Made by a program: the position numbers and the translations under genes
Part shown: piece by piece, positions 8,246 through 17,769 of the stretch
Layout of the letters: each line of letters opens with the position of its first letter
Numbering within the stretch: the stretch's first letter is position 1
The notes under the pieces: generated by a model
What the model saw: the letters and a program-made list of their open reading frames with translations, nothing else
What the model was told of the DNA's origin: nothing
Database searches by the model: none
IMG/VR virus record: IMGVR_UViG_3300037067_027602
Coordinates: 32,001-96,000 of that record
Strand: one strand, 5' to 3'
DNA from: a virus
Lineage: Duplodnaviria > Caudoviricetes
DNA length: 64,000 nt

Positions 8246-9415
8246 CTATTTGGTTTTTTTGACCTTTTTGGCGGACGTCCCAACTTTGGTGACGAGAGGG
8301 TATCTCGCCCCGTCCATCTCCGTCAGCATCCCCTCCAGCTCCGCGTAGGCGGCGCCATCCCCGGACACGAACTTGATGAGGTCGTTCACCGGCACCCAGG
8401 ACAGGAGATCTTTCTCCATGCCCCTTTTCCTGATTAGCCCCTCGATGTCCTCCCTGACGCAGAATTTCTCCTTGCGCTGCACCAGCGAGAGCTTGACGTC
8501 GTCGAACACGAGCTTGCTATGCCCGCCCTCGAACAACGCTGCGGTGACCCATCCCTTCACCGGTTTCCTTTCCTTCTCGACGTTCGACTCCATGACGCCC
8601 AGGGCGTCGTAGACGATCGCCATGGAGCGCAAATCTCCGCCTCTGGCCTTGTCGGCGATGTCCGCCAGCCCGGGGATCGCCTTCGCGGCGATGGAGAAAA
8701 GCTTGGAGTACTCCTTGCATTCGGCCCGGTGGGGGCAGTTCCAGCAAAAGGAGTTCACCGTCTCCACCGGATGGTCGTCCTTGACGATGCAGTCGAAGAG
8801 ATGGTCGAAGTACGTCAGGTACTCCATCGCGTCCTTGCGGAACACGCTGATGGTCTCCACCCTTCCGGTGTTCAGGTAGATATACCTGAACCGCACCTCC
8901 TCCACGCCTGCGAAATCGAGGTTGGAGAAGATGTAGGCGGGGTAGAGCAGCGTCTGGTGCTTTTTCGCCAGCTCGTCCCTCGAAGGAATGAAAAAACCCG
9001 ACTTGTAGTCGTCGATCTGGACGACCGTGGGGGAGACGTAGTCGAGCCGGTCCATGTAGCCGATGCCCTCCTGGCCGCCCGGCCGGAACAGGTGGAACTC
9101 CACCTCGCAGCCGATGACCCCGAGGTCCTCGTGGCGCGGCTCCCAGTCCATCATCCAGCGGGCCATCCTGATGGCGTGCTCGAAATTCTCCTTGCCGGGG
9201 CAGGAGACCTCGGCGCAGGCGAGCCGGACGCATTCCTCCGGGTTGGCCAGCTTGCACGGGTCGTAGTAGAGCTCCAGGATCTTGTGGGCGAGCGTCCCCT
9301 TGCGGGTGGCGTCGGTGTTCTCCGACCTGATCCCGAGCTCGTAGCGCTTGTAGTAGGCCATGGAGCAGGACTCATAGGTCTCCGCCCCGGATTGGCTAAG
9401 GCGGTCGCATTTCAT
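8246..9415 (-). CDS. PD-(D/E)xK nuclease, Cas4/RecB-like with Fe-S cysteines
   Basis: LSQS...YESC, GTLAHKILE, GYMDRLD, IDDYKSG and CWNCPHRAEC. Confidence 0.85.
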   Translation of the reverse strand: MKCDRLSQSGAETYESCSMAYYKRYELGIRSENTDATRKGTLAHKILELYYDPCKLANPEECVRLACAEVSCPGKENFEHAIRMARWMMDWEPRHEDLGVIGCEVEFHLFRPGGQEGIGYMDRLDYVSPTVVQIDDYKSGFFIPSRDELAKKHQTLLYPAYIFSNLDFAGVEEVRFRYIYLNTGRVETISVFRKDAMEYLTYFDHLFDCIVKDDHPVETVNSFCWNCPHRAECKEYSKLFSIAAKAIPGLADIADKARGGDLRSMAIVYDALGVMESNVEKERKPVKGWVTAALFEGGHSKLVFDDVKLSLVQRKEKFCVREDIEGLIRKRGMEKDLLSWVPVNDLIKFVSGDGAAYAELEGMLTEMDGARYPLVTKVGTSAKKVKKTK

Positions 9416-10158
9416 GGCTTCGCCGCTTTCTTGGTTTTGGGGGGTTTGGCTTTTCTCGGCGGCACCGGAAAGAAAACGCTCTCGGCGATGGACTCGGACA
9501 CCAACGGGCGCAGCTCGTCGTCACGCCGCAACTTGACGTTCGCCTTTGTGATCATCTCCTTTTTGCGGATGTCCCCGGACAGCATGCCGAATTTCATGGT
9601 CTGGCAAAGCTCCGGCCAAGATTTGTCCCATGTGCCCTCCGAGAACGCAGTTTGGCGGTCGAGGGCCATGGCGATCATGGCGGCGTCCGCCTCATCGTCC
9701 GTGGCGAACGAGATGCCCGTCCTCTTCTGGGCGAGCAGGAGGTAGCCGGTGTCCTTTTTGACGCTGCCGTCGCCGAGAACCAGGAATTTCCAGCTGGTGG
9801 AAGGCATCGTGGAGAGCTTGACCGAGGACGCCCCCACGAAGATCTCCTCGATCTGGGAGATCATGAAAAAGTTTAGCACCCCGTTCAGCTCCGCCAGCTT
9901 CGTGATGTTGCTGGTCTGGGCGCTGAAGGCGTAGCCCTCGCGGACCACGGCCACGGAATACCCTGGCTCTGCGCGCAAAAAAAACTCCGTGAGGGTGGAA
10001 ACTATGTTTACCGGCGTCTTGATCGACCTGAGGACGCCATCGGCGATGTCGGTTGGAAAACGTTCGGACAACACCGGAATAGAAGACCCCCTCTTGATGA
10101 TGGACAAGGCCGCCCCTGTGATGGAGGCGTCGATGCCGACGATGTATTGCTCTGGCAT
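9412..10158 (-). CDS. ruvC: RuvC-like Holliday junction resolvase
   Basis: IVGIDASITG, VVREGYAF, LAELNG, PSTSWKFL and DDEADA. Confidence 0.82.
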   Translation of the reverse strand: MPEQYIVGIDASITGAALSIIKRGSSIPVLSERFPTDIADGVLRSIKTPVNIVSTLTEFFLRAEPGYSVAVVREGYAFSAQTSNITKLAELNGVLNFFMISQIEEIFVGASSVKLSTMPSTSWKFLVLGDGSVKKDTGYLLLAQKRTGISFATDDEADAAMIAMALDRQTAFSEGTWDKSWPELCQTMKFGMLSGDIRKKEMITKANVKLRRDDELRPLVSESIAESVFFPVPPRKAKPPKTKKAAKP

Positions 10159-10206
10159 TTCTTGTTCCCCTTGGAAAGCCGCCCCGGAGGGCGGCTATGG
10201 TTTGCC

Positions 10207-10980
10207 TCACACCGGGATGTCGTCCTCGGGGGGAGCGTCCTGATATTGTTGCTGCGGGGCGGCCGGGCGTCCGTATGGCTGTTGGGGCGGGCGCTGGTAT
10301 CCCTGGTGCGGGGGCGGAGGTTGTTGATAACCGCCCTGGGGATGCGCCGGCCGCTGCTGCGGAGGGGGCTGGCCCTGGTATCCGCCGCTCTGCCTGGTGG
10401 GGGTGTCGCGGTCGACGTCGGGGGGAGGGGGCTGTTGCCGCTGTTGATAACCCCCCTGTTGTGGCTGGCGCTGGCCGCCGTTGTTGTTGCCCTTGTTGCC
10501 GAAGAACATTGTCCCGGGAGGGCCCGCCATGAAGAAGACGAACTCGTGGATGATGGCGCCGCGCGCCTGGGGGTTGGTGTTCTTCCAGGGGGCGTACTTG
10601 CCGACGAGCTGGACCATGTCGCCGGGGTTGCACTGGTTGATGAACTCAAGCGCCCGGTCGCCGAAGACTTTGCAGGAGATGTAGGCCTGGCTTCTCTCCT
10701 CGGCCACATGCAGCCTGAACTTGGCGAACTGCTTGCCGTTCTGGGTCGCGCCCCACTCGATGGACTCGCGCCCCTGCATCTGCGTCTGGCAGATCTCGCC
10801 GATGAACATGCAGCAATTGACGCTGAAAAGGTCGCCTCCGCCGCCCTGCGCTTGCTGCTGGGGGGGTTGCTGTTGCGGGGGAGGCTGTCCCTGGTATCCT
10901 CCGCCGCGCTGTTGGTAGCCTCCCTGTTGCGGACGGGGCTGCTGGTATCCGCCCCCCTGGTCTTGGTAGCCCTGTGACAT
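10207..10980 (-). CDS. ssb: Single-stranded DNA-binding protein (internal start within the primase ORF)
   Basis: AGGAG RBS before ATG 10980; OB-fold pattern VNCCMFIGEI...AKFRLHV...CKVFG...GDMVQLVGK; Q/G/P-rich linkers; acidic tail EDDIPV. Confidence 0.78.
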   Translation of the reverse strand: MSQGYQDQGGGYQQPRPQQGGYQQRGGGYQGQPPPQQQPPQQQAQGGGGDLFSVNCCMFIGEICQTQMQGRESIEWGATQNGKQFAKFRLHVAEERSQAYISCKVFGDRALEFINQCNPGDMVQLVGKYAPWKNTNPQARGAIIHEFVFFMAGPPGTMFFGNKGNNNGGQRQPQQGGYQQRQQPPPPDVDRDTPTRQSGGYQGQPPPQQRPAHPQGGYQQPPPPHQGYQRPPQQPYGRPAAPQQQYQDAPPEDDIPV

Positions 10981-12081
10981 TTGACCCGCTCCTTCTGGTT
11001 CTTGGTTTAAAACCCCATACTGTACACCACGCACATCCGGGGCGCAAATAATTTTTTCCGCATTGTTCAACAATTTATGGATTTCCTCCGGCTCCATGGA
11101 CCCTATGTCCCTGGAGTCGGCGAACGGCAGCCTCAGCAGATCCACCCGCCCGAACATGGCCGCCACGGCCTTGTCGGAACCTTTCCTGCCGGCCTTGTCG
11201 GGGTCGAGGGCGAGCACGACGGTGGACGAGAGCCCCACGACCAGCTCCATCTGCTCCATGGTCATCCCGCTTCCCATGATTGCGACGATGTTTTCGATCC
11301 CTGCCATCCAGCATTTCCAGAGGTCGCAGAAACCCTCGACGACAAGGACCCATCCGGACTCCGCTATATGGGGTCTGGCCAGGTGCAGCCCGTAGAGGTT
11401 CCCTCCCCGGTCGCTGCCCTTCCCCTGCCGGTATTTTCCCGGGGCGTCCTCGTCCGCCACCATCCTGCCCGAGATGCCAACCAATGATCCATCCCCCGAC
11501 CTGATCGGGATCACCGCCCTGTTCGGGAACTCGTCGTGCATCCACGGGGTGTCCATCGAGTGGCAGGAGCCCACCTCGAACAAATCCAGGACCCAGTCCG
11601 GGAACCCCCTCTCGTTGAAATAGGAGTTCCTCCTGGATTTGCACCTGGCGACGAACTCCTCGCAAAGGTACTCGGTGGGGATGACCTCTTTCCTCGCCCT
11701 CTCCCCCCACAACGCCTCCGCGCATTTGGCGAGCGCCCCTCCGGACGCCCGTTTGTGGAAGACGCCGTCGTCGTCGACCCCGCAGAAATCCATGAGCCAA
11801 CGCAAAGCGGCGGGGAAATCCACGTCCATCAACGCCATCACCAAGTCTACAGCGTCGCCGTGCGCCCCGCCGCATTGGGTGTAGCACTTCCAATGGAAGC
11901 CCTGCCCTCCCTCGACGGAGCGGAGGTTGATGGCGAACGCCGTCGGGTTGTCCCCGCCATGGATGGGGCATGGGCTGCGCAGCTCCGTCCCGTCGTCCTG
12001 GCAAATCTGGACTCCCAGCTCGGCGCAGAGGGCCCGGCCGTCGAGGTTCGCCATCAGCTCGTCTTTAAGCTCGGCGTTCAT
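10207..12081 (-). CDS. dnaG: DnaG-type primase (CHC2 zinc finger + TOPRIM) reading without a stop into an SSB domain
   Basis: CPIHGGDNP...CYTQC, SGR, NLYGL, VEGFCD and LDPDKAG; ATG 12081 overlaps the dnaB stop (ATGA). Confidence 0.88.
   Translation of the reverse strand: MNAELKDELMANLDGRALCAELGVQICQDDGTELRSPCPIHGGDNPTAFAINLRSVEGGQGFHWKCYTQCGGAHGDAVDLVMALMDVDFPAALRWLMDFCGVDDDGVFHKRASGGALAKCAEALWGERARKEVIPTEYLCEEFVARCKSRRNSYFNERGFPDWVLDLFEVGSCHSMDTPWMHDEFPNRAVIPIRSGDGSLVGISGRMVADEDAPGKYRQGKGSDRGGNLYGLHLARPHIAESGWVLVVEGFCDLWKCWMAGIENIVAIMGSGMTMEQMELVVGLSSTVVLALDPDKAGRKGSDKAVAAMFGRVDLLRLPFADSRDIGSMEPEEIHKLLNNAEKIICAPDVRGVQYGVLNQEPEGAGQMSQGYQDQGGGYQQPRPQQGGYQQRGGGYQGQPPPQQQPPQQQAQGGGGDLFSVNCCMFIGEICQTQMQGRESIEWGATQNGKQFAKFRLHVAEERSQAYISCKVFGDRALEFINQCNPGDMVQLVGKYAPWKNTNPQARGAIIHEFVFFMAGPPGTMFFGNKGNNNGGQRQPQQGGYQQRQQPPPPDVDRDTPTRQSGGYQGQPPPQQRPAHPQGGYQQPPPPHQGYQRPPQQPYGRPAAPQQQYQDAPPEDDIPV
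10989..11056 (-). promoter_or_regulatory. Putative internal promoter P3 for ssb, with AACCAGAAGGAG leader
   Basis: TTGCGC (11047-11042), 17 nt, TACAGT (11024-11019), with an A-tract upstream. Confidence 0.5.
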
Positions 12082-13652
12082 CCAGGGAGCTCCAGCAGGC
12101 AGTCCATGTCCTCCTGCGTCATCTGCTCCGGCGGCTTCGGCGCCCCGGCGGCCTTTTTTTCCCTCTCCGGGGCGTGGTGGGAATTGATGATCTCGCCGGT
12201 CTTGTCGAAATGCTTGAGGTTGACGTACTCCCGCTCGTGGTAGGTGAGCACGGGGCCGTCCAGGTCGTAGCATATCCCCTCCGGGCAGGCGCGGCCAGCC
12301 CTTTGGTCGAGGACATGGAGCATCTGGTTGAAGCGGTACGGCTTCGGCAGCCGGTCGGCTATGGCCTGCTCCTCCTGCCCCAGCCGCCTGGCCAGGATCA
12401 ACGCGTCGCAGAACATGAGGATCTGGTCGGAGCCGGAGACGCAGCCGTCGGCGGAGTGGACTGCCTTGGCGCTGGCCGACTTCTCGATCCCCTCCCGGTT
12501 GGCCTGCGCCCCCACCACCCCCGGCATGTCAAGCTCCTTCAACGAGTCTTTGAACATGGTGGCGATCTGTCCGAGGATCTGATATTCCTTCATCTGCTGC
12601 TGCCCCTGCCCGACAGGCACCTTGAGCCAGTCGTAGAAGACGCAACAGGGGTTCGTGGCCACCATGCCGCCATGGACGCTGGTCCCGACGGAGGCGCGGA
12701 AATCCTCCATGATCTTGCGGATGTAGTCGATGCTTTTCCCTGAGATGTTGACATAATACAGCGGGATGCCGCGGACGGTGGCGGCGGCCTCGCCCAGCCT
12801 GCCCGACAACATCTCGTCGGAGAGGTATCTCCCGGACTCGATCATGTGCTCCGGGACGCCCGACACCATGGACAGAACCCGGGACGCCTGCTCCATCCGG
12901 CTCATCTCGGAGTCGAGGTAGAGCCCGGGGATGTCCTGCCGGGTCAGGTCGGTGGCCATGTTCGCCATGTGGGTGGACTTCCCCACCTTCGACCTGGCGA
13001 ACAGGACGTTCATCCGTTTGCGGCGAAGCCCGTGCAGGACGTCCATGAGCTTAGGATATCTTTTGACCCAGACTCCGGTGAGGAACCCCCTGGCGGCGTT
13101 CATGCCGGCCTCCGCCAGGACGGCGTCCACCCCCATGCCTATCCTCGACAGCCCTGGCGATTGCCTCAGGGAGGACAAGGGGGCCATGAAACCCAGGATG
13201 TGGTCCACCATCTCCGTCCTGGTCATCTCGCTGGTGGAGGCATGAAAATTGTCCACGGCGCTCCTCAGCATGCGGTAGGCGGACACCTTGGCGTCCGCCC
13301 GCAGAACGTTCTCCATGTACGACCCGAGCATCGCCGGGTCGGGGTTGATCTTCATCAAAAGCTTCAACGAAAGCTCCCCGCCCACCTGCTCGAGGAACTT
13401 CTCGCCATAGCCGCGCGCCTGGGCCGCCGCCAGGATGGAGTAGGGGTCGAGGGCCGGCAGGACGTTGTCCCGCCAGCCGATCTCCGCCACCTTCCTCATC
13501 ATCCGGTAGAGCCCGCGGTTGTTCGGCAAATGGATCTGTCCGTCCGCTATCTCCGCCATGGCCTTCACGGCGCATGACGGAAATTTCGCCAAACAAGCTA
13601 GGAACAAGGACTCCGCCCCCGCGCTGTAGAGCTCGTCCTCACCCTGGGCCAC
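12078..13652 (-). CDS. dnaB: Replicative DNA helicase, DnaB family
   Basis: Walker A ARSKVGKST, YLDSEM, FYDWLK, AQANR, VSGSDQI and DQRAG. Confidence 0.9.
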   Translation of the reverse strand: MAQGEDELYSAGAESLFLACLAKFPSCAVKAMAEIADGQIHLPNNRGLYRMMRKVAEIGWRDNVLPALDPYSILAAAQARGYGEKFLEQVGGELSLKLLMKINPDPAMLGSYMENVLRADAKVSAYRMLRSAVDNFHASTSEMTRTEMVDHILGFMAPLSSLRQSPGLSRIGMGVDAVLAEAGMNAARGFLTGVWVKRYPKLMDVLHGLRRKRMNVLFARSKVGKSTHMANMATDLTRQDIPGLYLDSEMSRMEQASRVLSMVSGVPEHMIESGRYLSDEMLSGRLGEAAATVRGIPLYYVNISGKSIDYIRKIMEDFRASVGTSVHGGMVATNPCCVFYDWLKVPVGQGQQQMKEYQILGQIATMFKDSLKELDMPGVVGAQANREGIEKSASAKAVHSADGCVSGSDQILMFCDALILARRLGQEEQAIADRLPKPYRFNQMLHVLDQRAGRACPEGICYDLDGPVLTYHEREYVNLKHFDKTGEIINSHHAPEREKKAAGAPKPPEQMTQEDMDCLLELPG

Positions 13653-13656
13653 GCGG

Positions 13657-14577
13657 TCAACCCCTGGTGTTCTGGTACTCTCGGCACCAGCGGTCGATCA
13701 TCTTCTTGAGGGAGTTGTCCATCTGGACGAATGCCTCGAACATGTGCTCCGTCATCTTCGCCCTGATGACATAGACGTCGAGCTTGTCGCGCATCTCCCT
13801 GATCTCGGGGTACGCCTCCAAGGCCAGCGCCTCGCGCTCCTTGACGGTCGACCCCTCCATATGGGAGGCGGCTTTTTTTAGGTACTCCTCGACGTCGCGC
13901 TTGATCTGGGACGACAACCCCTGCCAGCGGTTCTCCTTGCCGGCCACGAAGGCGGAATGCGCCGCCAACGCCATCTCGCACGCCTGCATCTCGTCGATGC
14001 CGCAGGTGTTGAAGTAGCCGGGGTTGAAACGCATGTTGTGGATCGCCCGGTGGAGCTGGGACGTCTCGTCGTGCTTCGGGTCGTTCAGGACGGCCAGGCA
14101 GAGGGCGGCCTCCATCTCGTCGATGGTGGAGAGGATGGGCTTGGACATGGCCTTCGACGCCTCTTTGAGACCCTTGCGGAAAGCGGCGTCGTCCTGGCCG
14201 GCGGCCGCGTGCGAGTCGTTCTCCGCGGCGCGGGCGGGCTCCTCTTTCGGGGGCTCTTCCCGCCGGGGCGGCTCCTGGGGTTTCTGGACGGCGGCCTGGC
14301 GCTGGGCCGGCGGGGCGGAGGGGGCTTGCGGCAACGCCGGGGCCGCGGGGAGATCCTGTTTGGGGGCGTTCCATGGAAGGGCCGGACGCCCTTGCGGTTG
14401 CGGCGCGCACACCGGAGCCGGGGGCGGACCCCAACCGGCGCACGGCGGGGCGTTCCCCTGCGGGGTGGGAGGGGCGTCTTGGGAATCGTCGCCGCCGCCA
14501 TCGTAGAGGGGGATGTCTCCGAACATAGCGTTGAGCTCGTCCTCAGTCATCATCGCGTCTGTGTTTTCCGTCGCCAT
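13657..14577 (-). CDS. Hypothetical protein: Pro/Ala-rich N-terminus and coiled-coil C-terminus (possible UvsY-like recombination mediator)
   Basis: Helical C-terminal half and position next to RecA; the UvsY-like call is an inference. Confidence 0.45.
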   Translation of the reverse strand: MATENTDAMMTEDELNAMFGDIPLYDGGGDDSQDAPPTPQGNAPPCAGWGPPPAPVCAPQPQGRPALPWNAPKQDLPAAPALPQAPSAPPAQRQAAVQKPQEPPRREEPPKEEPARAAENDSHAAAGQDDAAFRKGLKEASKAMSKPILSTIDEMEAALCLAVLNDPKHDETSQLHRAIHNMRFNPGYFNTCGIDEMQACEMALAAHSAFVAGKENRWQGLSSQIKRDVEEYLKKAASHMEGSTVKEREALALEAYPEIREMRDKLDVYVIRAKMTEHMFEAFVQMDNSLKKMIDRWCREYQNTRG

Positions 14578-14581
14578 TTTT

Positions 14582-14974
14582 TTATTCCTTGCTCTGGATT
14601 TTGATGGCCTTGTCGACCATTTTTTTGAAACTAGCCCCCGTCAGCTTCACGCCATCGGGGATCTCCACCAGGAAATGTCCGTTCTCCCGGCACCATCTCC
14701 TTTTGATTTCGTCGTTGCTCCTCGATCTTTCGAACCCCGCTTTCCCCCTATGGAAAAAGGTGACGGGCTCGTCATGTTGCCGCCCCTGGCACTCGATCTC
14801 CAACCTCATCCCTGGCAGGGAGATGTCGAAATACAAAGTGCGCACCCCCGCCGGGGTGGAGACTTTCACCGCCTTCTCCTGCTCTATCCTTTGCAGGGGA
14901 TAGGCGAGCTTCACGGCCTCCAGCACCGAACGATGGAGCTTCGAAGCTCCCTCCCTGGGGGCGGCGCAGCTCAA
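14582..14974 (-). CDS. DUF559/Vsr-like PD-(D/E)xK endonuclease
   Basis: LYFDISLP...IECQGRQH...DEIKRRWCRENG pattern. Confidence 0.7.
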   Translation of the reverse strand: MSCAAPREGASKLHRSVLEAVKLAYPLQRIEQEKAVKVSTPAGVRTLYFDISLPGMRLEIECQGRQHDEPVTFFHRGKAGFERSRSNDEIKRRWCRENGHFLVEIPDGVKLTGASFKKMVDKAIKIQSKE

Positions 14975-16170
14975 AACTGCTGCCCCGCCACCGCCGGAAG
15001 CGCCTCGACAAGGATATCCTCCTCGCTTGGCGCTATATGCAGCTCCTCGCCGGCGGCGGGGATCTCCCCGACCTCCTCCTCGTCGATGTAGGAGTCTATA
15101 AGGGCGTTCCGGAGAGACTCGAACTGGGTTTTACCCTCGCCCCGGAAATATTCCACGACTTTAGACCTGCCTTGGCCGATGTTATGGCCGTCGCAGGAAT
15201 ACCACGCCCCCTTTAGCTCAATCATGCCCCTCTCCACGCAGGAGTCGAGGATGACGCCCTCCTCGTCCACGCCATGGCCGAAGATCAAGTCGAACTCGCC
15301 GTAGCGGAACGGCGTGCCCACCTTGTTTTTGACGACAAGGAACTTGATGCGCTGGCCGATCACCGGACGCTCGTCCTTGGCCCCGTCCTTCAGCTCGATC
15401 TTCCCGCCCTCCTTGATCTTGGCGACCACGGAGAGCTCCATGCGGATCGTGCTATAGAATTTCGAGCCCTTTCCGCCGGGCTGGTAGGTGGACTTTCCAT
15501 AACCCTTCAGGGACTCGCGCGTCTGGTTGGTGAAGATGACAGTGGTCATGGTCTTGCCGATGACCGGGTTGTTCCTGCGGAAAAACATCGACATCATCTT
15601 CCCTTGCTGCCCCATGGTGTCGTTCTCAAGGCTCGCTTTCTCCATCTCCGCCTTTGGCAGCAAACTGGCGATGGAGTCGCAGATGATGAGGTCGAACACG
15701 TTGGTCTTCGCCAACACCATGAGGATATCGAGGGCCTGCTCCCCGTATTCGGGCTGGCTGAGCCAAAGATCGTCTACGTTGACGCCCAGTTTGCGGGCGT
15801 AGGCGGGGTCTATAGTCTGCTCCACGTCCACAAAGGCCACCCTTCCACCCTTTTTCTGGACGGCGGCGGCGGTGAGAAGGCACCAGGTGGTCTTTCCGGT
15901 GGACTCCTCGCCGTAGATCTCAATGAACCTCCCACGGGGTAGGCCATAGATTTTCTCCCCTTTGGTGGAGCGGTAGAAAATACCCACCGCCTGGTCCACC
16001 GCGAAGGAACAGGAGGGGATCGTCCCCTTCCCGTCGGCGAAGCAGCGCTTGTCGCCTAGCCGGATGACGAGGTTGTCGCCTCCGTAGGTCTTCTTGATTA
16101 CCGCCAAGGCCGTGACGAGCTCGGCCGGCATCGGCGGGTTCTTGTGCTTCTGTGTTTTTTGGGCGGCCAT
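14971..16170 (-). CDS. recA: RecA recombinase
   Basis: GLPRGRFIEIYGEESTGKTT, DPAYARKLGV, SQPEYGEQAL, DSIASL, IFTNQTR and VVKNKV. Confidence 0.97.
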   Translation of the reverse strand: MAAQKTQKHKNPPMPAELVTALAVIKKTYGGDNLVIRLGDKRCFADGKGTIPSCSFAVDQAVGIFYRSTKGEKIYGLPRGRFIEIYGEESTGKTTWCLLTAAAVQKKGGRVAFVDVEQTIDPAYARKLGVNVDDLWLSQPEYGEQALDILMVLAKTNVFDLIICDSIASLLPKAEMEKASLENDTMGQQGKMMSMFFRRNNPVIGKTMTTVIFTNQTRESLKGYGKSTYQPGGKGSKFYSTIRMELSVVAKIKEGGKIELKDGAKDERPVIGQRIKFLVVKNKVGTPFRYGEFDLIFGHGVDEEGVILDSCVERGMIELKGAWYSCDGHNIGQGRSKVVEYFRGEGKTQFESLRNALIDSYIDEEEVGEIPAAGEELHIAPSEEDILVEALPAVAGQQF

Positions 16171-16173
16171 GGC

Positions 16174-17574
16174 TCAGTCCCTCCTGGAGGCGGAGCCAGG
16201 CTTGGCACCGTATTTCTCGCGGAGGGCGGCGAAGTTTATCTTCCCCATTGGCGGTGCGGGGGTTGCGTCCGGGGGTTTCTGGACAGCCGCCGTCCGCGGC
16301 TCCTCGACGGCCGGCGACGTGTCGGAAAGGGCGTCCTGGGCTTGGACGACGGGCGGTTCCTCCCGCGGCGCCGGCTGGGCCGCCGCAGGGGCCGCCTTCA
16401 GCGACGCCCTGGCCTTGCCGTACGCCTCGATGGCGTTGAACTTCCAATCGGTGGCCAGGGTGGAGATGGAGAGGTCGAAACCGGCCGCCCCGACGCTGGG
16501 GTTGGCGTCGGCTATCCCGGAGCGGAAATTGCCGAGGTACATGATGGTGGCGTAGAGCCGCTGATGGCCGTATTTCTCCAGGATCGGCTTCATCCTGGCC
16601 GGGTCGCCGGGGTAGCTGGGGAAGGAGAACCCGCCCTCCTCCTTGCGGTCCTTCGCCGCCAGGCAATAAAGAAGGGCCACGAAGTCCGGGTTCTTCCATT
16701 CCGCCACGTCCTTGTTCTTGAGGGCGGGGAGCTTCATGTAGTTGCAATAGGCGACGAAATCGTTGCGGGCGGCCTCGCGGAGAGCCTCGGCGGCGTCTTT
16801 CGGGGCGTCCTGCGCCGGGGCGGCGGCCTGCGGGGCGGGATCGACCTGGGCCTGCCCACCGGGGACGGCCATGCCGTCGACGCAGAACTGCGTTGCCAGG
16901 TCGAGCAGGTCGTCGAACCACGCCGTCTCGCCGAAAGGCTCCGAATGGGCGAGCTGCAGCTCGGGGAGGAAGGGGGAGCAAGGACGGTCTTCCTCGACGC
17001 GGGAGTACGGCATCCCCAAGGACGAGAGATGGTTCAGCGCGGAGAGGACGTCCAGGACTTTCTCCCCCGTGACCTCCGAGGAGAACACGGCCGGCTTGAT
17101 CCCGCAGAACACCTCCGAGGAAAGCGGCCCCGGGGGAAGATAGCCCTTGTCAAGACGGCGCGACAGCTCCCCCCGGTCGATGTATTTCATCTCGAAAGGG
17201 CAACCGTCGGGGGCGTCCTTCAGGCAGTCCTTGAAAACGTTGGGGATGGCCTCGGCGAGAAACAGGGCCAGAGGCGACCACGCCCAGGTGCGGCTGCCGG
17301 CCCCGTCCCCGCCCTTGAGCTTGGCCAGTATGCCAGCGGCGCGCAGCTCCTCCATCCCCTTGTCGAGCCGGGACGGGGGCATCTGCGCCATCTCGTTCTT
17401 GAGCAGGTCGGCGCGCGGGACGGCGCCGACCCAGATCCCGTCCTTGAACTTGGCGAGTTTTTTCTCCACGAGACGTTCCATCCCACGGAAGAAAGCGGCG
17501 GCGGCGAGGGCGCCGTCCACCCCGACGCACGACGCCAGGGGAAATGAGAAGACGAGCGATCGTTGATCCTGCAT
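16174..17574 (-). CDS. Hypothetical protein, first gene of the replication operon (possible initiator)
   Basis: 466 aa, AGGAGG RBS; function inferred from position only. Confidence 0.55.
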   Translation of the reverse strand: MQDQRSLVFSFPLASCVGVDGALAAAAFFRGMERLVEKKLAKFKDGIWVGAVPRADLLKNEMAQMPPSRLDKGMEELRAAGILAKLKGGDGAGSRTWAWSPLALFLAEAIPNVFKDCLKDAPDGCPFEMKYIDRGELSRRLDKGYLPPGPLSSEVFCGIKPAVFSSEVTGEKVLDVLSALNHLSSLGMPYSRVEEDRPCSPFLPELQLAHSEPFGETAWFDDLLDLATQFCVDGMAVPGGQAQVDPAPQAAAPAQDAPKDAAEALREAARNDFVAYCNYMKLPALKNKDVAEWKNPDFVALLYCLAAKDRKEEGGFSFPSYPGDPARMKPILEKYGHQRLYATIMYLGNFRSGIADANPSVGAAGFDLSISTLATDWKFNAIEAYGKARASLKAAPAAAQPAPREEPPVVQAQDALSDTSPAVEEPRTAAVQKPPDATPAPPMGKINFAALREKYGAKPGSASRRD

Positions 17575-17580
17575 TTAGGA

Positions 17581-17651
17581 CCTCCTTTTTCTGGTTGACA
17601 AAAATATAGCGCCCCCCGGCGCGCTTGCAAATGGCGTTAAAAAATTTTTTT
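17581..17651 (-). promoter_or_regulatory. Putative promoter P2 of the replication operon, with AACCAGAAAAAGGAGG leader
   Basis: TTGCAA (17630-17625), 16 nt, TATATT (17608-17603); A/T UP-like tract; GCGCC-GGGG-GGCGC palindrome abutting the -10. Confidence 0.6.
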
Positions 17652-17734
17652 CACAGGATTTGGCCGAGGAAGCCCCGACCCTTCAGGGCGGGGAGGAATC
17701 GGCCAGCCATCTATGACATTTCTTTCAACAACAC

Positions 17735-17763
17735 TTGACATTTTAATCTCCTCGTGATATTCT
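17735..17763 (+). promoter_or_regulatory. tnpB promoter; start site predicted at the ATG (leaderless mRNA)
   Basis: TTGACA (17735-40), 17 nt, TATTCT (17758-63) with extended TG; ATG at 17770; no SD. Confidence 0.6.
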
Positions 17764-17769
17764 TACAGC

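Noticed and set aside
8246-9415. Cas4-like nuclease as evidence of a CRISPR system
   Set aside because: There is no repeat-spacer array or other cas gene; the context is a phage recombination operon.
10230-10980. Repeated GGYQQ/QQP motifs
   Set aside because: These are low-complexity disordered linkers typical of SSB, not a DNA repeat array.
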